From Basidiobolus meristosporus CBS 931.73 (lineage: Eukaryota > Fungi > Basidiobolomycota): a stretch of 64,000 bases of DNA. Shown here one piece after another: positions 36,474 to 50,004 of this stretch (position 1 is its first letter; each line of letters starts with the position of its first letter). A program made the translations under genes and the position numbers. Under the pieces are notes generated by a model that saw only the letters and a list, made by a program, of their open reading frames with translations, had not been told where the DNA came from and ran no database searches. The DNA lies in the NCBI GenBank assembly GCA_002104905.1, contig MCFE01000226.1, positions 58,521 through 122,520 on the forward strand, in the 5' to 3' direction.

Positions 36474-39400
36474 CAAGATTCCTTCATTGGACAAATCCAT
36501 GCCTCAAATACTACCAAAGCAGCATGGGAATCCTTACAGAAGATCTTTAGAGCAAAGTCAGTATCAAGCAAGCTTTATTTAAAACAAAAGTTCTTCAACA
36601 TGAGGAGGAAGCCAGATGAAGACATGCTACAACTCATTATCTGAGTGGAGACACTTGCAGAAGAACTTTACAGTACTAATGCTGGTGTACATGATGAAGA
36701 AATGATACTCTGTCTGCTTTGCAGCCTACCACACAAGTATGAGCCACTCATACTTTCTTTGGAAAGCTGAGAAGACAATATGACTTTAGATTATGTCAAA
36801 GGAAGACTACTCCATGAAGAGCTCATACATAATGATCAAGCAGTGAAAATTGTAGATAATGCTTTGTTGAGTTCAGAAAGGCACTCAGAAAAGAAAGGAA
36901 AGCCATAAAACCAAAATAAACCTGATTGCTGCAGCTACTGTAAAAAGCCAGGATACTGGGCAAGAGAATGCAAGAAGAAACAGGCAGACAAAAAAACAGA
37001 AACTAGAGCAGGCAAACCTTATAACTACTGATGAACAGGTATTTGTAACTGCACAAGAGAGTGCAAGTAACCAAAGTAATGTATGGTATATTGACTCTGG
37101 AGCCTCACACCATATTTGTAGTATAAAGGAATGGTCCAGCAACTCAAAGACTATTCCCAAAGGAAAGGTTTATCTGGGAGATAACTCTGCTCTGCAAGCT
37201 ACCACCAGAGGGTCCATACAACTAAGTATGAGCAATAGCTCAGGTGCAACAACAGCAAGACTGACTAACATACTCTATGTACCTGGAATAGCTAAGAATC
37301 TACTCTCAATTGGTAAAGCAACTGCTCGAGACTGAAATTTGTTTTACTAAGATGAGTTATTCAATATTGAGTGAAAATGGACACAAATAAGCTTTGGGAA
37401 TCAGATATCACAATATATACAAATTACAATGCAAGACCACTGTACCTGAGTAGGTTGACATTGCTGAAACTGATGAAACCAACTGGGAGATGTGGCATAG
37501 GAGGCTAGGACACATTGGGGAACAGAAAATGAGCCAATTAGTGAAATATTAGCCTGTTTTGGGCCTAAAATATTCAATTCCAGTCAAACTGAATGTTTGT
37601 ATGGGATGTTCATATAACAAACAAGCTAGACAATGTTTCAAGAGCTCAGAAGACATCCATACCACTAAATTATTGGCTATTGTACACTGAGACATATGAG
37701 GCCCCATTATAACACTGTCCTTTGGTGTCAAGAGATACTTTATGACATTTATTGATGGCAAAACAAGATAACATGGGTGTACTTCCTCAAAACAAAGTAT
37801 GAAGCTTTAGAGTTGTTTAAATACTTCAAGAACATGTAAGAAACACAAAATTGGTGTAAATTGAAGGTACTACAATGTGACAATGGAGGAGAGTACTTTT
37901 TTAAGGAGTTTGCAAAATACTGCTCATCTGCTGGTGTACTTCAACAGACCACAGTTCTTCATTCTCCACAGTAAAACAGAGTAGCAAAATAGGCAAATAG
38001 AGCAATAGTAGAGAATGGGGAGATCTATGCTACAAGATAAGAGAATGGACTACAAGTTTTGGGCTGAACTTGTTGCTACTGCAGCTTACATCAAGAACAG
38101 ATGGCCAACAACAGCACTACGTGATTATATACCCTTAAAGCATATACAGGCAAAAAACCATATCTCCAGCACCTCAAGATCTTTGGCAGTTATGTTTTTT
38201 ATCACATCCCTGACAAAAAACGCTCAAAGTTGGAACAAAAGTGTAGGAAAGGGATTTTTCTTGGGTATTGTGAAGATACTAAAGGGTATAGAGTGTATGA
38301 TGGCAAAATTCAGAGGCTGACCAAGAGCAGGGACATTGTATTTGGGGAGAATTCAATTCACAAAGCCACTGAAATCATTGGCCAGCTGCTGGATGATGCG
38401 CTCAAGACTAATGAAGAAGATATGGACCATATTCAGCCCAATACAGGAAGACACTTTGACCAGTTCCAGATCAGAGCAGATTATCATTGATGACAAAATA
38501 AGATATACATGAGTGTACTTCCTCAAAACAAAGGATGAAGCTTTAAAGATGCTGATGCACTTCAAGAACATGGCCAAAACATAACCTTGGTGTAAATTGA
38601 AGGTACCATGAAGTGACAATGGAGGAGAATACTGTTCAAAGGAGTTTGCAAAATACTGCTCATCTACTGATATACTTTAACAGACCACAGTTCCTCATAC
38701 TCCACAACAAAATGGAGCAGCAGAACATGCAAATATAACAATAGTAGAGATGGGAAGATATATGCTACATGATAAGGGAATGGACTACAAGTTTTGGGCT
38801 GAATCTGTTGCTACCACAGTATACATCAAGATCAGATGCCCAACAACAGCACTGCAAGATTCTGCACCCTTCAAAGTATATACAGGGAAAATAACAAGAT
38901 CTCCAGCACATGAATATCTCTGACAGTGATGTTTTTATCACATCCCTGACAAAAAAAGCTCAAAGTTGGAACCAAAGAGTAGGAAAGGGATCCTTCTAGG
39001 GTATTGTAAAGATACTAAAGAATATCAAGTGTATAATGGCAAAATTCAGAAGCTGATCAAGAGCAGGGATGTTGTCTTTGAGGAGAATTCACATCTGAAA
39101 GCCACTGAAATCATTGGCCAGCTGCCGGATGATACAATCAACACAAATGAAGAAGATACGTACCAAATTCAGCCAGATATGGAAGATACTACTTCCAGTT
39201 CCGGATCAGAGCAGATTATCCCAGTTAGGAGATCTACCAGAATAAGAAGTGCCCTTAGATCCTGGTGGCAGAAATCCAATGATCATGAAGAAGCTTATCT
39301 TGCCTTATGTGCCAAACCTCAGAATCTTGAGCAGGCAATGCAAAGTCCAGATGCTACTATGTGACAACAAGCCATCCAGGAGGAGTACCAATCATTGACC

Positions 39401-41255
39401 AAGGCAAAAATGTGGGAACTAGTAGATTTACCAAATGGCAGAAAGCCAATAGGATGTAGATGGGTCTACAAGATCAAGTTAACCTCAAATGGTACTGTTG
39501 ATAAGTACAAGGCTAGATTGGTTGATAAAGGCTATTCCCAGATCCATGGAATGGACTTTAAGAAAACATTTGCTCCGGTTGCATGGTTTAACTCCATCAG
39601 GACAGTTCTAGCCCTGGCAGCTGTACACAGTCTGGATCTACACCAAATGTATGTCAAAACAGCCTTTCTAAATGGGGATATGCAAAAAACTCTATATATA
39701 GAGCAACCAGAAGGCTTTACCAATTCAAAAGGACCCCATAAGGTGTGCAAACTTAGAAAATTGTTGTATGGGCTTAAGCAGGCACCTAGGGCATGGTGTA
39801 ACAAGATTGACACATATCTAGAGGAAATTGGGTTCTCTTGTAGCACTGCATATGACAGTCTATATATAAAACAGCTCAAAAAGGGTGTGATCATCCTAGT
39901 TCTTTATGTGGACAACCTAATTGTAGCTACAAGTGACCTAGAGGCACTTAAACAGATGAAATCAGAACTCTTCCGCAAGTTTCAGATGAAAGATCTTGGA
40001 AAATTGAGCTATTTTCTTGAAATTGAAGTCAAATATGACATACCTATGCAGAAAATTTTGCTGAATCAGTTTAAGTACATCAGGGACATTCTTAGATGCT
40101 TTGAAATGGAAAATTGCAAACCTGCAGCTACCCCTATGGACAATAACCTGCAATTAAGCAAATCTCAGCCAGTTATAGATGAAAATGGTACAAATATGGA
40201 CCAAGACTTTCCCTATCAATCAATGGTTGGTAGCCTAATGTACTTGATGGGGTCTACTTATCCAGATATTGCAGTGGCAGTTGGAATAGTCAGTCAATTA
40301 ATGCAGAATTATGGATCAGATCAAATTGCAGCAATCAAGCAGATTTTCAGATATCTACAAGGTACCACAAATATGGCACTGAAATACTCTAGAGCAGCTA
40401 ATAGGCCAATATTTGATGTTTATAGGGATTCAGATTAGGGTGGGGATCTAATTAACAGATGCTCTACCACTGGCTTTGTATTTCTTTATGCTGAAGCAGC
40501 TATTACTTGGAATTGCAAGAAACAACCAACTGTGGCCCTATCTACAACTGAAGCTGAATATATGGTTGCATATCAAGCAACTAAGGAGGCTATATGGCTA
40601 CAAAAATTATTCAAAGACTTAGGTTTTAGTTTGGAAGAACCAAAATGTATTTAAAAGGATTATCAAAGTTGCATTTCATTAGCTAGAAATCCTACTTATT
40701 ATGCCAGAACTAAGCACATTGATATACAGCATCACTATGTTATGGAAGCTGTAGAAAATAACTTAGTAGAGTTAGTGTACTGCCCAACAAAATGGTGGCA
40801 GATATATTAACAAACCACTGGCTAGGCCACAATTAGAGAATCTCAGTGACAAATTTGGATTAAGATATTACTTAGTTGAGGGGGAGTGCTGAAATATTGG
40901 ACTATTTGGTATCATTCAGCAGCTAGAAATTTACTTAACAATTCTGGACTAGCCTTGGTCACTGTGGGGCTAATTTATAGCTCTAACTTTGCCACTTTCT
41001 TCAGATCTATGATCTTTTGGTTATTCCCTTATAGTCAGGATCAAGTCAGCACTATCACTAAACATTATGTACTAACCCTGAAACTGTTACAGAATGCTCC
41101 CAGGTATTGAGAAACCCTCCTTACTTAGTGTTACAGCTGTATTACTTCTATAAAGGTATAAATACTGAGCTTCTTTATTAATAAATAACAGTTCCACTAT
41201 TATCACTATTTCTTGATAAGTTCCTTACATCCAAATCACTCCTTAAATTGCAACA
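36474..41255 (+). mobile_element. Copia copy D (older subfamily): mid-gag to 3' LTR (40887-41255), many stops, integrase core duplicated
   Basis: Colinear with copy A from QDSFIGQ. RT ORF 39395-40438. PPT plus a 369-bp LTR. Confidence 0.92.
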
Positions 41256-42925
41256 GAGTGGGCTAATGTTCAAGAGGCTGTCAGAAGTCTAGCACACCAT
41301 CACCTCAACTGTGTCATACCATGGGACCTTAGAACTCAAGGCCAAACAAAATGAGCTTGACTTGTCCCATGAGTATTTTTCTGGACTCAAGTGGGTTAAC
41401 AGATTTTGGGCCAGCATTGGTATACAAAGAAAGTATCTCAAGAATAGCAGAACTTTTAAATGCAGAAGAACAAGGGTGCCATGACTAAAAACTAACAGCT
41501 TCCTCAGGAGCCTGTTACAAGCAGAGCTGAAAGCTCCAAGCAGGTGTCAAAGAGATGTCAGGTAGCTGGAAGAGTGCCAATAAGGGACAAGCAGGCAGAC
41601 ATGAATGCACCAGCACAACATTTATCAAGCAAAAAGCACAATACCACTCAAGATGCACTCAGTCAAAGTAACAGCAAAGGACCTGGCAGTGATAAAAGCC
41701 AGTGGCTTTCTCAGATGTCCATTACAACTATGGTTGAGAGCTCAAAACAAGCAATAAAGAAATGTCAAGCTGCCAGGAGAGTGCTAGCTAGGTACAAGCA
41801 GGTCAAAACAGATGAGTCAGAGGAGAATTTCTGAAAGAGAAAATGTAGCTCATACAAGTGGCACTCAGATAGTAGTGAAATATCTAGCCATGATAAAGGA
41901 AAAGATCAAGGGAAAGATGTCTACCCAAGCCAGAGACAGGGAAGCTTATAGAAAAAACTGCAGCTGTAGCCAATTAGCACCATGAGCCTGAAACAGACTG
42001 AATCCCATCATAGCCAACAAGAATTACCAACAAGAAAACAGCTGTTTTCACAAGAGTTGGAAGTGCAGCAAGTTGAGCTACACTCCAGCAAGGTAGATGA
42101 GATTGCAGAGAAAGGCAATATGTCTACCACAGCCTCCATGTCCTCCATTCTTGGCAGAGTGGAGAGCCCACTGACAGACAAGGCTACAACATCAAGAACT
42201 CAAAAGACTATCAGAATACCTTCATAGGAGTTTTGGATCATTAATAGGCAAGCCAAGAGGTTGCAGCACTTCTTCAAGAGCAGTGCTCAACAGAGCGCAC
42301 TTGAATATTGCAAGGATTAGTTGCAAAGACTGGCAAATGAGGTGCTAGACCTTACAGTGCTGGCAGAAGATCAGGATGTGTGGAAACCAGTGAATTCACA
42401 GTAGCATAAAGCCATTGGGCTCCTGCTGGAGTCATAGAACCAGAGCATTACAGCAGAAATACTTATTGGGTGGTGAATTTTAATGGATTTACTTGATGAG
42501 TGTGGGGTTGTGCTTAATGTTAGTGTAGGGTATAGGGACTTGTATAGGTCAACACAATTGGCAATTGATGTACAATTGAAGTTTCAGTGGAAATAAATCA
42601 ATTTTTATGCATAAAAGTAAGAGAAACAGTTGAGTAAGGAAGTAAGGAGTGTGAAAAAGAGGCAATAGCCAGTTGATGTATTCAAATGTAAGAGGTGATA
42701 GAGTGTCTGGGATCTGAAAGTGAGCAACTTGGCTGGGACCAACCAAATGCCACTTGTATATCATTGTGATGAAAAATTTTGACCCAGCTTTTTGTGAAAT
42801 CTGGGGTGCAACTATATTTCAATGGTCTGTGAATGGTGTCCTGACAGGATCAGTACCTCTTAAGCACAGGACTTTAAATCTGTGACAGCCTTTTGATGGG
42901 ATCATCATAATAATATCTCATGGGG
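41256..42925 (+). mobile_element. CACTA-like accessory ORF (central and C-terminal part) and right terminus
   Basis: Homologous to 46110-47784. Ends ...ATAATATCTCATGGGG. Confidence 0.7.
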
Positions 42926-43808
42926 AAAACTTTACCAAGGTGGGCTGGACTTCTCTTGGTCACAAGCCAATTTCTACACCATTCAATACAGAATTTGCAC
43001 CAACAAGGGCCAGAGCATACCTATAAGAGGCACTTGAATCCAGCAGGGAGAATGAATAAATTAGCTAAATACCAAAAAGTTTGTTGCAAATATTCAGGAG
43101 GTAATCATGGAAGAAGTGGCAACAACCAAGCAAATGTTTGCAAAATGTATATGTTTCAAGCAGTACAAGATATATAGCAACTTTGCAAGTATCACACCAA
43201 AATGCCATAAAGCTGATGTCATATAAGCATGTCAGTTGCAGCAGGTGTGCGCATTTGTAGAGGTTAGTAAGCAGGAGGCAATGGTTTTTTTTTGATTCAG
43301 ACTATGTGTCAAATACCCAAGGTAGTAGTGGGTAAGCAAGCAAAAAGGAGTGATTCTGCAGTGGAATATATAAATTGTGCAAGGAGGGGCAAAAAAGGAA
43401 ATACTGCTTGGTACAGTGCTACATTGGCACTATACAGAACTAGCTGTAGGCCACCATACTGCTATGACAATGTCATCAGAAGCTGGCAAAGCAGTCATCA
43501 AAATGCGGTCAAGTTTTTGCTATCCAAGGCATTTGGATCAACTGGCAGGTTAGATCTTCTCAATAGTTGTAGAGCACACTAAGACTGCAACAATGTCATG
43601 CCACCTTTGGCAAAGCACTGTGCAAACACTGTTATATATTTCAACTTTATTTGATTGTGAAATAAGCCAAATGCCACTGTGATTCCATCTTAAGATTGTG
43701 TAGATGGTCATTCATTTCAAGCTGCTGGTATTATAGCATCTCCTGACAGGATCTTGATGGCTGATCTGGATTTGATGTACCAGTGACACCAAATTATTTC
43801 TCATAGGG
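42926..43808 (+). mobile_element. CACTA-like transposase 3' end and terminus (opposite orientation to the neighbouring copy)
   Basis: Reverse-complement homology to 57648-58600. Ends AAATTATTTCTCATAGGG followed by AT. Confidence 0.75.
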
Positions 43809-46800
43809 ATAGGGATGTTGTTGAGCAGTAAATGCATTGCTTCCAGCAGAAAGCTTTTTCTCCAACAGAAACCCACTATCTTTAGTGCCTCTGGTTTCCA
43901 ATTAATTCCATATTCAGACCAATGGCATATAACTTGCCAACTTTGCTGCAATTGCAAGCTGACTTCTGTATGTTCCCTCTGTGGGAACATGTTGTTCTTA
44001 GTGTTGGTGCTTGGATAATAGCTATATGTATGAGTTTTGGAGTAGATCCCCTGGATCTTACATATTTGAAAGCAATTCTGTCTATTGTGCACAGAAAAGC
44101 CAGCTATATTGCTGATCACAGTGTTGTAAAGATTTGTAATTCCACCTAAATATTCACCTGACTTATGTTTATATATCATTATCTTCAGATACTAGAGTAT
44201 ACTAACCCAATTCTTTATTGGGATTAACTTAATATATTTTCACCAAAATATCAGGTACCTAGATCATGAAAACTCTCAAAGTTGTCCAAACTGACCCAAG
44301 CTTTGCAAACATGTTCTTAGGGCCTTCCTAAGCCTATTCTACATGTTCAATATGCCAAGAACATTTAAGAGTATAAATACTGCTTTTCATTCAATAAATC
44401 ATAAAGTAAAAACCACATAATCCACTTGTATTCCCAATCACTTCCAATATCTCCAAAACTCTACAACAGACTGGGGTATCTCCCATGCAAATGATAATAT
44501 GTGCTTTGATATGATAGTTATTTGGTGGTATTGCACTGGGAAGCATACAAACTCTTCCAGCTATGGATACAGGTAGCTGTCCAGGCTAGAAGGTGATATA
44601 AGCCCTGATACCAGTGAGACTACCATCAGATCTCTGCTCTAATACCATAAGATAGGTGGCAGATTAAGGTTGATGAGAATTAGTGGCCATGAGGATTTGC
44701 TGATAGAGCACTTGTTTTATGAGAATCTACCAAGTGTCAAGGCAAAGACATGGTTATACCTACTTTCAAAGTAGCCCTTGCTTCTTAGTTGTCTGTAATT
44801 TTTGTCATCAAGTATATTGGATATTTTGAGCTGGATAGATACTGAATGCAGTACTTTACAGCTTCATAATATTGTCTGGCTGCATAAGCTTTTTTAGATG
44901 GGGTACTACTGGAATATTTCCAGAGTGTGAATGATGCTTTCCTCCCATGTTGGTGGATTCCTGACAAGCTGGACACCTTGCAATAGTTGCATTTTCTGAT
45001 GTGAATGCCATCCAATTGATAACACATGCTGGTAATAGGACAGTCTCTGAGTCATGTGTTGCCAGCCACATGATGATTGTTCATTTGTACCATCTGCATG
45101 GTAAGTTGCATCCTGGGAATGATTATAGTAAGATGTAGTTGTAAATTCTCAATGCCCCCATTACTGATATTTTTGGAAAACAAGCCACTTCTCTAGCTAC
45201 AAAATTGCATTGTTCACCATTATATGAATTATTGGGCTTACCCGGCTGCATAAAGTATCCTTGTCATTTTTTTCTACAGGTGTTGTCTCATTGCATGTAG
45301 GGTTTTGGCTGGGCTCATGCAGGGTACTATTATTAGCATAGATAGGCTCACAGTTCATCAGTGAGCCTTATTTTTCATACCTATCACTCTGTGTGCCATA
45401 TTTTAGAGGCTAAGGCATGCCTAAAGGCGTCACAAACCTAGTATCTGCAATCCATGTAGTACTTCATATGTTGTTGGTATGTTTCATGGCTGAAAGACTT
45501 GTTAAAATAGCTACATGGTCACTTATCTCTTCAGCTACGGCATTGCATCAAAGTAGTCTTCAGTAAGTAATAATGCAGACTCTGCAGGCTCTTAGTCCAG
45601 TAGGCATAAGAATATCTCTGTGGAGCTTTAAGCTGATTATAATGCTCAGTCAGATGAGTCTGCAACAAATGCAGTTCCCATAATTGAAGACCAGCAAGTG
45701 GCCATCATAACATCATCATTGGTGTTATCAGCTCATACAAAAGTATTAATGAGGCAATTAGGTGGAGTGGCCTATTGGACAGATGCAATGGCTCAGAGAA
45801 ATCAGGAAATAGTCCAGAAACAGGATGAGTGGATAATATGTGTAGAGCAATCAGTATCCCAGGTAGAGAACACTGTATCTTTGCTGCAAAAAAAAACTCT
45901 AATGGCCAATGTCACAGCCAATAGTTGAGCCACATCATAATGGAACAGCAGCAGAACACCATACAGTATTTGAAGCAGAACAACTTTACCCAATGATAAG
46001 CCCCACAGAAAAGCCTATCACAGCATGGGAGGAGAGACTATGCTGTATATACCCAGCCTAAAAATCAAAGGACACTGAAGTTCTGTGAATCTGATGAGTG
46101 CAATGATGAAGAGTGGGCTAATATTCAGGAGGCTGTTAGAAGTTTAGCATGGCATCATCTTAAGGCTGGCAAACCATGTGACCATCAGGAACTGAAGGCC
46201 AAGCAGAATGTGCTTGATCTGTTCCATGAGCATTATCCTGGTTTCAAGCAGGCAAACAGCTTTTGGGTCAGCATTGGTATGCTAAGAAAGTATCTCAACA
46301 TTAGCAGAAGCTATCAAAGGCAGAAGAACAAGATTTCCACAGCTAAAACCAGTATCTTGCTCAAGAGCTTGCTGCAAGCAGGGCTGAAAGCACCAAACAA
46401 GTGGCAAAAATACTTCAGGTAGCCAAAACCATGCTGGTTGGTAACAGGTAGGCAGACACAGATGCATTGGTGAGACATTTACTAGGGAAAAGATGTAGTT
46501 TAATACAAGAAGCACTCAGTTGCAGTAGCAAAAAAGGACTTGACAGTGCCAAAACCTGCAGCTTTCTTAGGAGCCTGTTGCAAGCAGGTCTAGATGGTCC
46601 AAACAAGCAGTAAAGAAATGTTAGGATGCCAGTTGAGTGCTAGCAAGAGACAAGCAGGCAAAAAGGACTCATTGGTGCAGCTTTCATCAAGGAGAAAATA
46701 GGACTACAATACAAGATGCACTCAGTCAAAGTAGTGGTGCAAAAATTTGGCTGTGATAGAGGCAAAGGTAAAGAGAAAATGTTCAACCCAAGCCAGAGAC

Positions 46801-47784
46801 AGGGCAGCATGAGAATAATCTGCAGTTCTCACCATTTAATGCTGTCAGCCTAGGGTAGGCTGGATCCCATCATACCCTAGGAGAATTACCTACAAGACAT
46901 CAGCTGTTTTCTAAAGTGTGGGAAGTGCAGCCAGTTGATCTACACTCCAGTGCAGTAGATGAGTTTGCAGAGAAGATCAACTTGTCCACCACTACCTTCA
47001 TGTGCTCCATTGAAGACAGAGTGGAGATCCCACTGACACACAAAGCAACAATCTCAAGAGCTTAAAAGACTATACCATGCTTAAAGTGGAATTTTGAAAA
47101 ATTAACAGGCACTCCAAGAGGTTGCAGAACTTCTGCATGCGTGGGGCTCAAGAGATTGCAGTTGAATATTGCAAGGATTTATTGCAAAGACCGGTAGATG
47201 GGGCTCTACACCATGCAGTGCCAGCTGAAGACTAGAATGTATGGGAACCAGTGAATGAACAGTGGCACAAAGCAGCAGTGATCCCTCCAAAGTCATAGAA
47301 AGGGGTGTAATAGCAGCAAAAACTTATTGAATGACAGATTTAAATGGGGTCACTTGTTAAGTGTGAGGTTGGGCTCAATGTTAGTGTTGTGTATAGGGAC
47401 TTGTATAGGCCAATATAATTGACAATTTAGATACAGTTGAGGCTTCAATGGATATAACATATTTTGTGCTTGAAAAGTAAGAGAAATGGTTGAGTCAGGA
47501 AATAAGGAGTGTAAAAAAGTGGCAATACCCAATCAGTATACACAAATGTAGGAGGTGATTGTATGTCTGGGACAAGAAAGTGAGAGAATTGGCATAGAAC
47601 CAGTTCAAAGCCACTTTTGTGTTGTTCTGGCGAAAAATTTCGATCAAATATATTGTGAAATCTGGGGTGCAATTATAACTTAACAGTCTCTGCTAGTGTT
47701 CTGACATAATCAATACCTCTTAGTCATAGGACTATAATTTGTGATGGCCTTCTGACAGGATCATCCCAATTATTTCTCTTGGGG
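43809..47784. mobile_element. CACTA-like copy showing the element layout: transposase (minus, 43809-~45430), divergent accessory ORF (plus, ~45560-47300), terminus at 47784
   Basis: Transposase motifs on the minus strand. Accessory frame EWANIQEAVRSLA..HHL...FWVSIGMLRKYLN. Ends TTATTTCTCTTGGGG. Confidence 0.7.
44122..44468 (+). mobile_element. Solo LTR family 3
   Basis: TGTTG...ACAACA, 347 bp, homologous to 3016-3363. Host is colinear after removal with 5 extra bp. Confidence 0.8.
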
Positions 47785-48490
47785 AAGGGAAAAACAGCAA
47801 TGTGGCTATTGTAATAAGCCTCCAAGCCATGTAGCATGCAGACAGTAGAGGAAGTATCTCAAGGGTCATAACCAGTGTTTTGCCACACATGGCATATTTG
47901 ACCATTCATCACTCACTACTGTACCAACAGTATCTTGCCATCCAGTTGATACTTTCATTGCAGCACCTGGCTGTACTTGTCACTTTGTGCAACCGATTTG
48001 GGTAAATTGTGATGCCTTTAGGCTCACCACTGCCTTCTGAATATAGATTGCAGAGTGATAACTCTGAAGAAGAAGGCTTACTGATGGACTGTGAGTCTAT
48101 CTCCCCTCACAACAGAACCCTGAATGAGCCTGGCAATATCACAATGTGCAATGAGCTCACACATATTATTATTATCCAAACATCAACACAGTGAACATCA
48201 TCTTCCCACAGATGTAAAACACAGAAGTCAGCATGCTATTGCAGCAATGCTGGCAAGCTATATGCCATTGGCCAGAACATTAAATTAATCAAAAGCAAGA
48301 GATACTAAAGATATAGGAAATCTGTTGAAGCAAAAGCTTTCAAATGGGAGCAATGCATGTGCTCTGCAATATATCCCTATTCTAATGACCAAGTTGTACA
48401 TGAGCCCTTTGAAAAACCTAAGAAATATGAAAGAATTGGCTAGCTATTATGGAATATCTGTGGTAATGGAAAGTATTCCATTACTACAAT

Positions 48491-49220
48491 AGACTTGTTC
48501 CATTGGATAGTGCCACATTGAGCCATGAGTGCCAAATGATGCCATAGCGTGCTAGGGAGGCCAAGTGAGCCTACACTTGGCCACAGAGTGTGAAACATAG
48601 ATCTGCATCTTCATGCAAAGCAGCCCCTGTGTCTCACTCATTGTGATGGAGAAAATACATTTTTTGACCTTTTTTTTTAATTCAATGTTGAACAGGATGT
48701 GCAAGAGCACTAAAGAACTGAAGATATGCATCTAGTACTTAATGCCCATGGCACTCTGAATCTAGCTCCTGTGGCTTGTAACGTGTCACAAAAATGCATG
48801 GCACTATCTTGGTCCACTGGTACTATCTGGCACTATAAGTGCTTTGTATTGATCCTACTTTAGGGCTAATATTTAAATATAGTAACAGAGTGTACCAGTG
48901 GACCAAGATAGTGCCATGCATTTTTGTGACGTGTTACAAGCCACAGGAGCTAGATTCAGAGTGCCATGCGTATTGAGTACCAGATGTATATCTTCAATCC
49001 TTTAGTGCTCTTGCACATCCTGCACAATATTGATCCACAAAAAACGTCAAAAATGAATTTTATCCTGCATCATAGGTGAAACACAGGGATGCTTTGCATG
49101 AAGATGCAGATCTATATTTCACACTCTGTGCCAATTGTAGGCTCACTTGGCCTCACTGGCACACTATGGCATCATTTGGCACTTATGGCTCAATGTGGCA
49201 CTATCCAACGGAACAAGTCT
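48491..49220. mobile_element. Complete fold-back MITE (730 bp)
   Basis: AGACTTGTTC...GAACAAGTCT with perfect TSD AAT. The loop is inverted relative to the 10929 and 55976 copies. Confidence 0.92.
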
Positions 49221-50004
49221 AATATCTCAAAACCAATATTGCACTCATTTCTTTATTTTGCTTTTTGCTATTGTTACACACAGGTGAAAGATCAAGAATA
49301 TACAACTTTGAGTGACAAATGCTCCAGACCCTGACATGCAATCCACCCAGGAATATTATGTCATACAGAACACGCAGTAGCCAACACATGTTTCAAATTA
49401 CAGCTCATTTGACGCTGTACTTAAGTAGTTATGACCAAAAGAGTCCAATTATTATATACACTGGTCATCTATTGCTAGGATTACTATGGTGACTTTGATT
49501 GCATGTAGCATTTGAGCCAGCCAACCAACCCATGTGAAATTTTCACAGGTGCTGCACCTATGTCTGATCTATCCCACTGCAGAGTCTGAGCATTGAATCA
49601 AATGTATTGCTTGCGCAATTGCCCAAAAACTTTGATCCTTCAGAATTTGTCATTTATATGACTTCCCCAGCTGAAAAATGAAGGAGACCCTCTCTTTCCA
49701 GAATCTCCACACTACAATTACAAGTTCAAAGGTTATAAGACTCCCCCTGCATCACTTACACCGTTAATTAATCTGACTATGATAGGTAATACATCAGTAA
49801 AGAGACTTCAAAGCTCACAAGAATCCAATCTAAGCTCTACAAGAGAGCTACTACTTTTCTGTCAGAAAAATCCCCTCTAAGAAAACCCTTTATTCTAAAG
49901 ACACCCCTTTAGACACCCTTTTAGGTTTAAAAGCCCCTTTAGAGACTTCAATAATACACCTTTAGTTAAAAGGGGAGTTTGGAATTTTCATATTAGGAAA
50001 TATT

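Noticed and set aside
21633-39894. Antisense ORFs within copia copies (e.g. 21633-21839, 22248-22583, 23496-23810 and equivalents in B and D)
   Set aside because: Their recurrence simply reflects copy identity. They are opposite-strand shadows of gag-pol with no motifs. No env-like ORF is present.
49870-49980. CCCTTTAG-like repeats as interstitial telomere
   Set aside because: Irregular, few copies, no constant unit.
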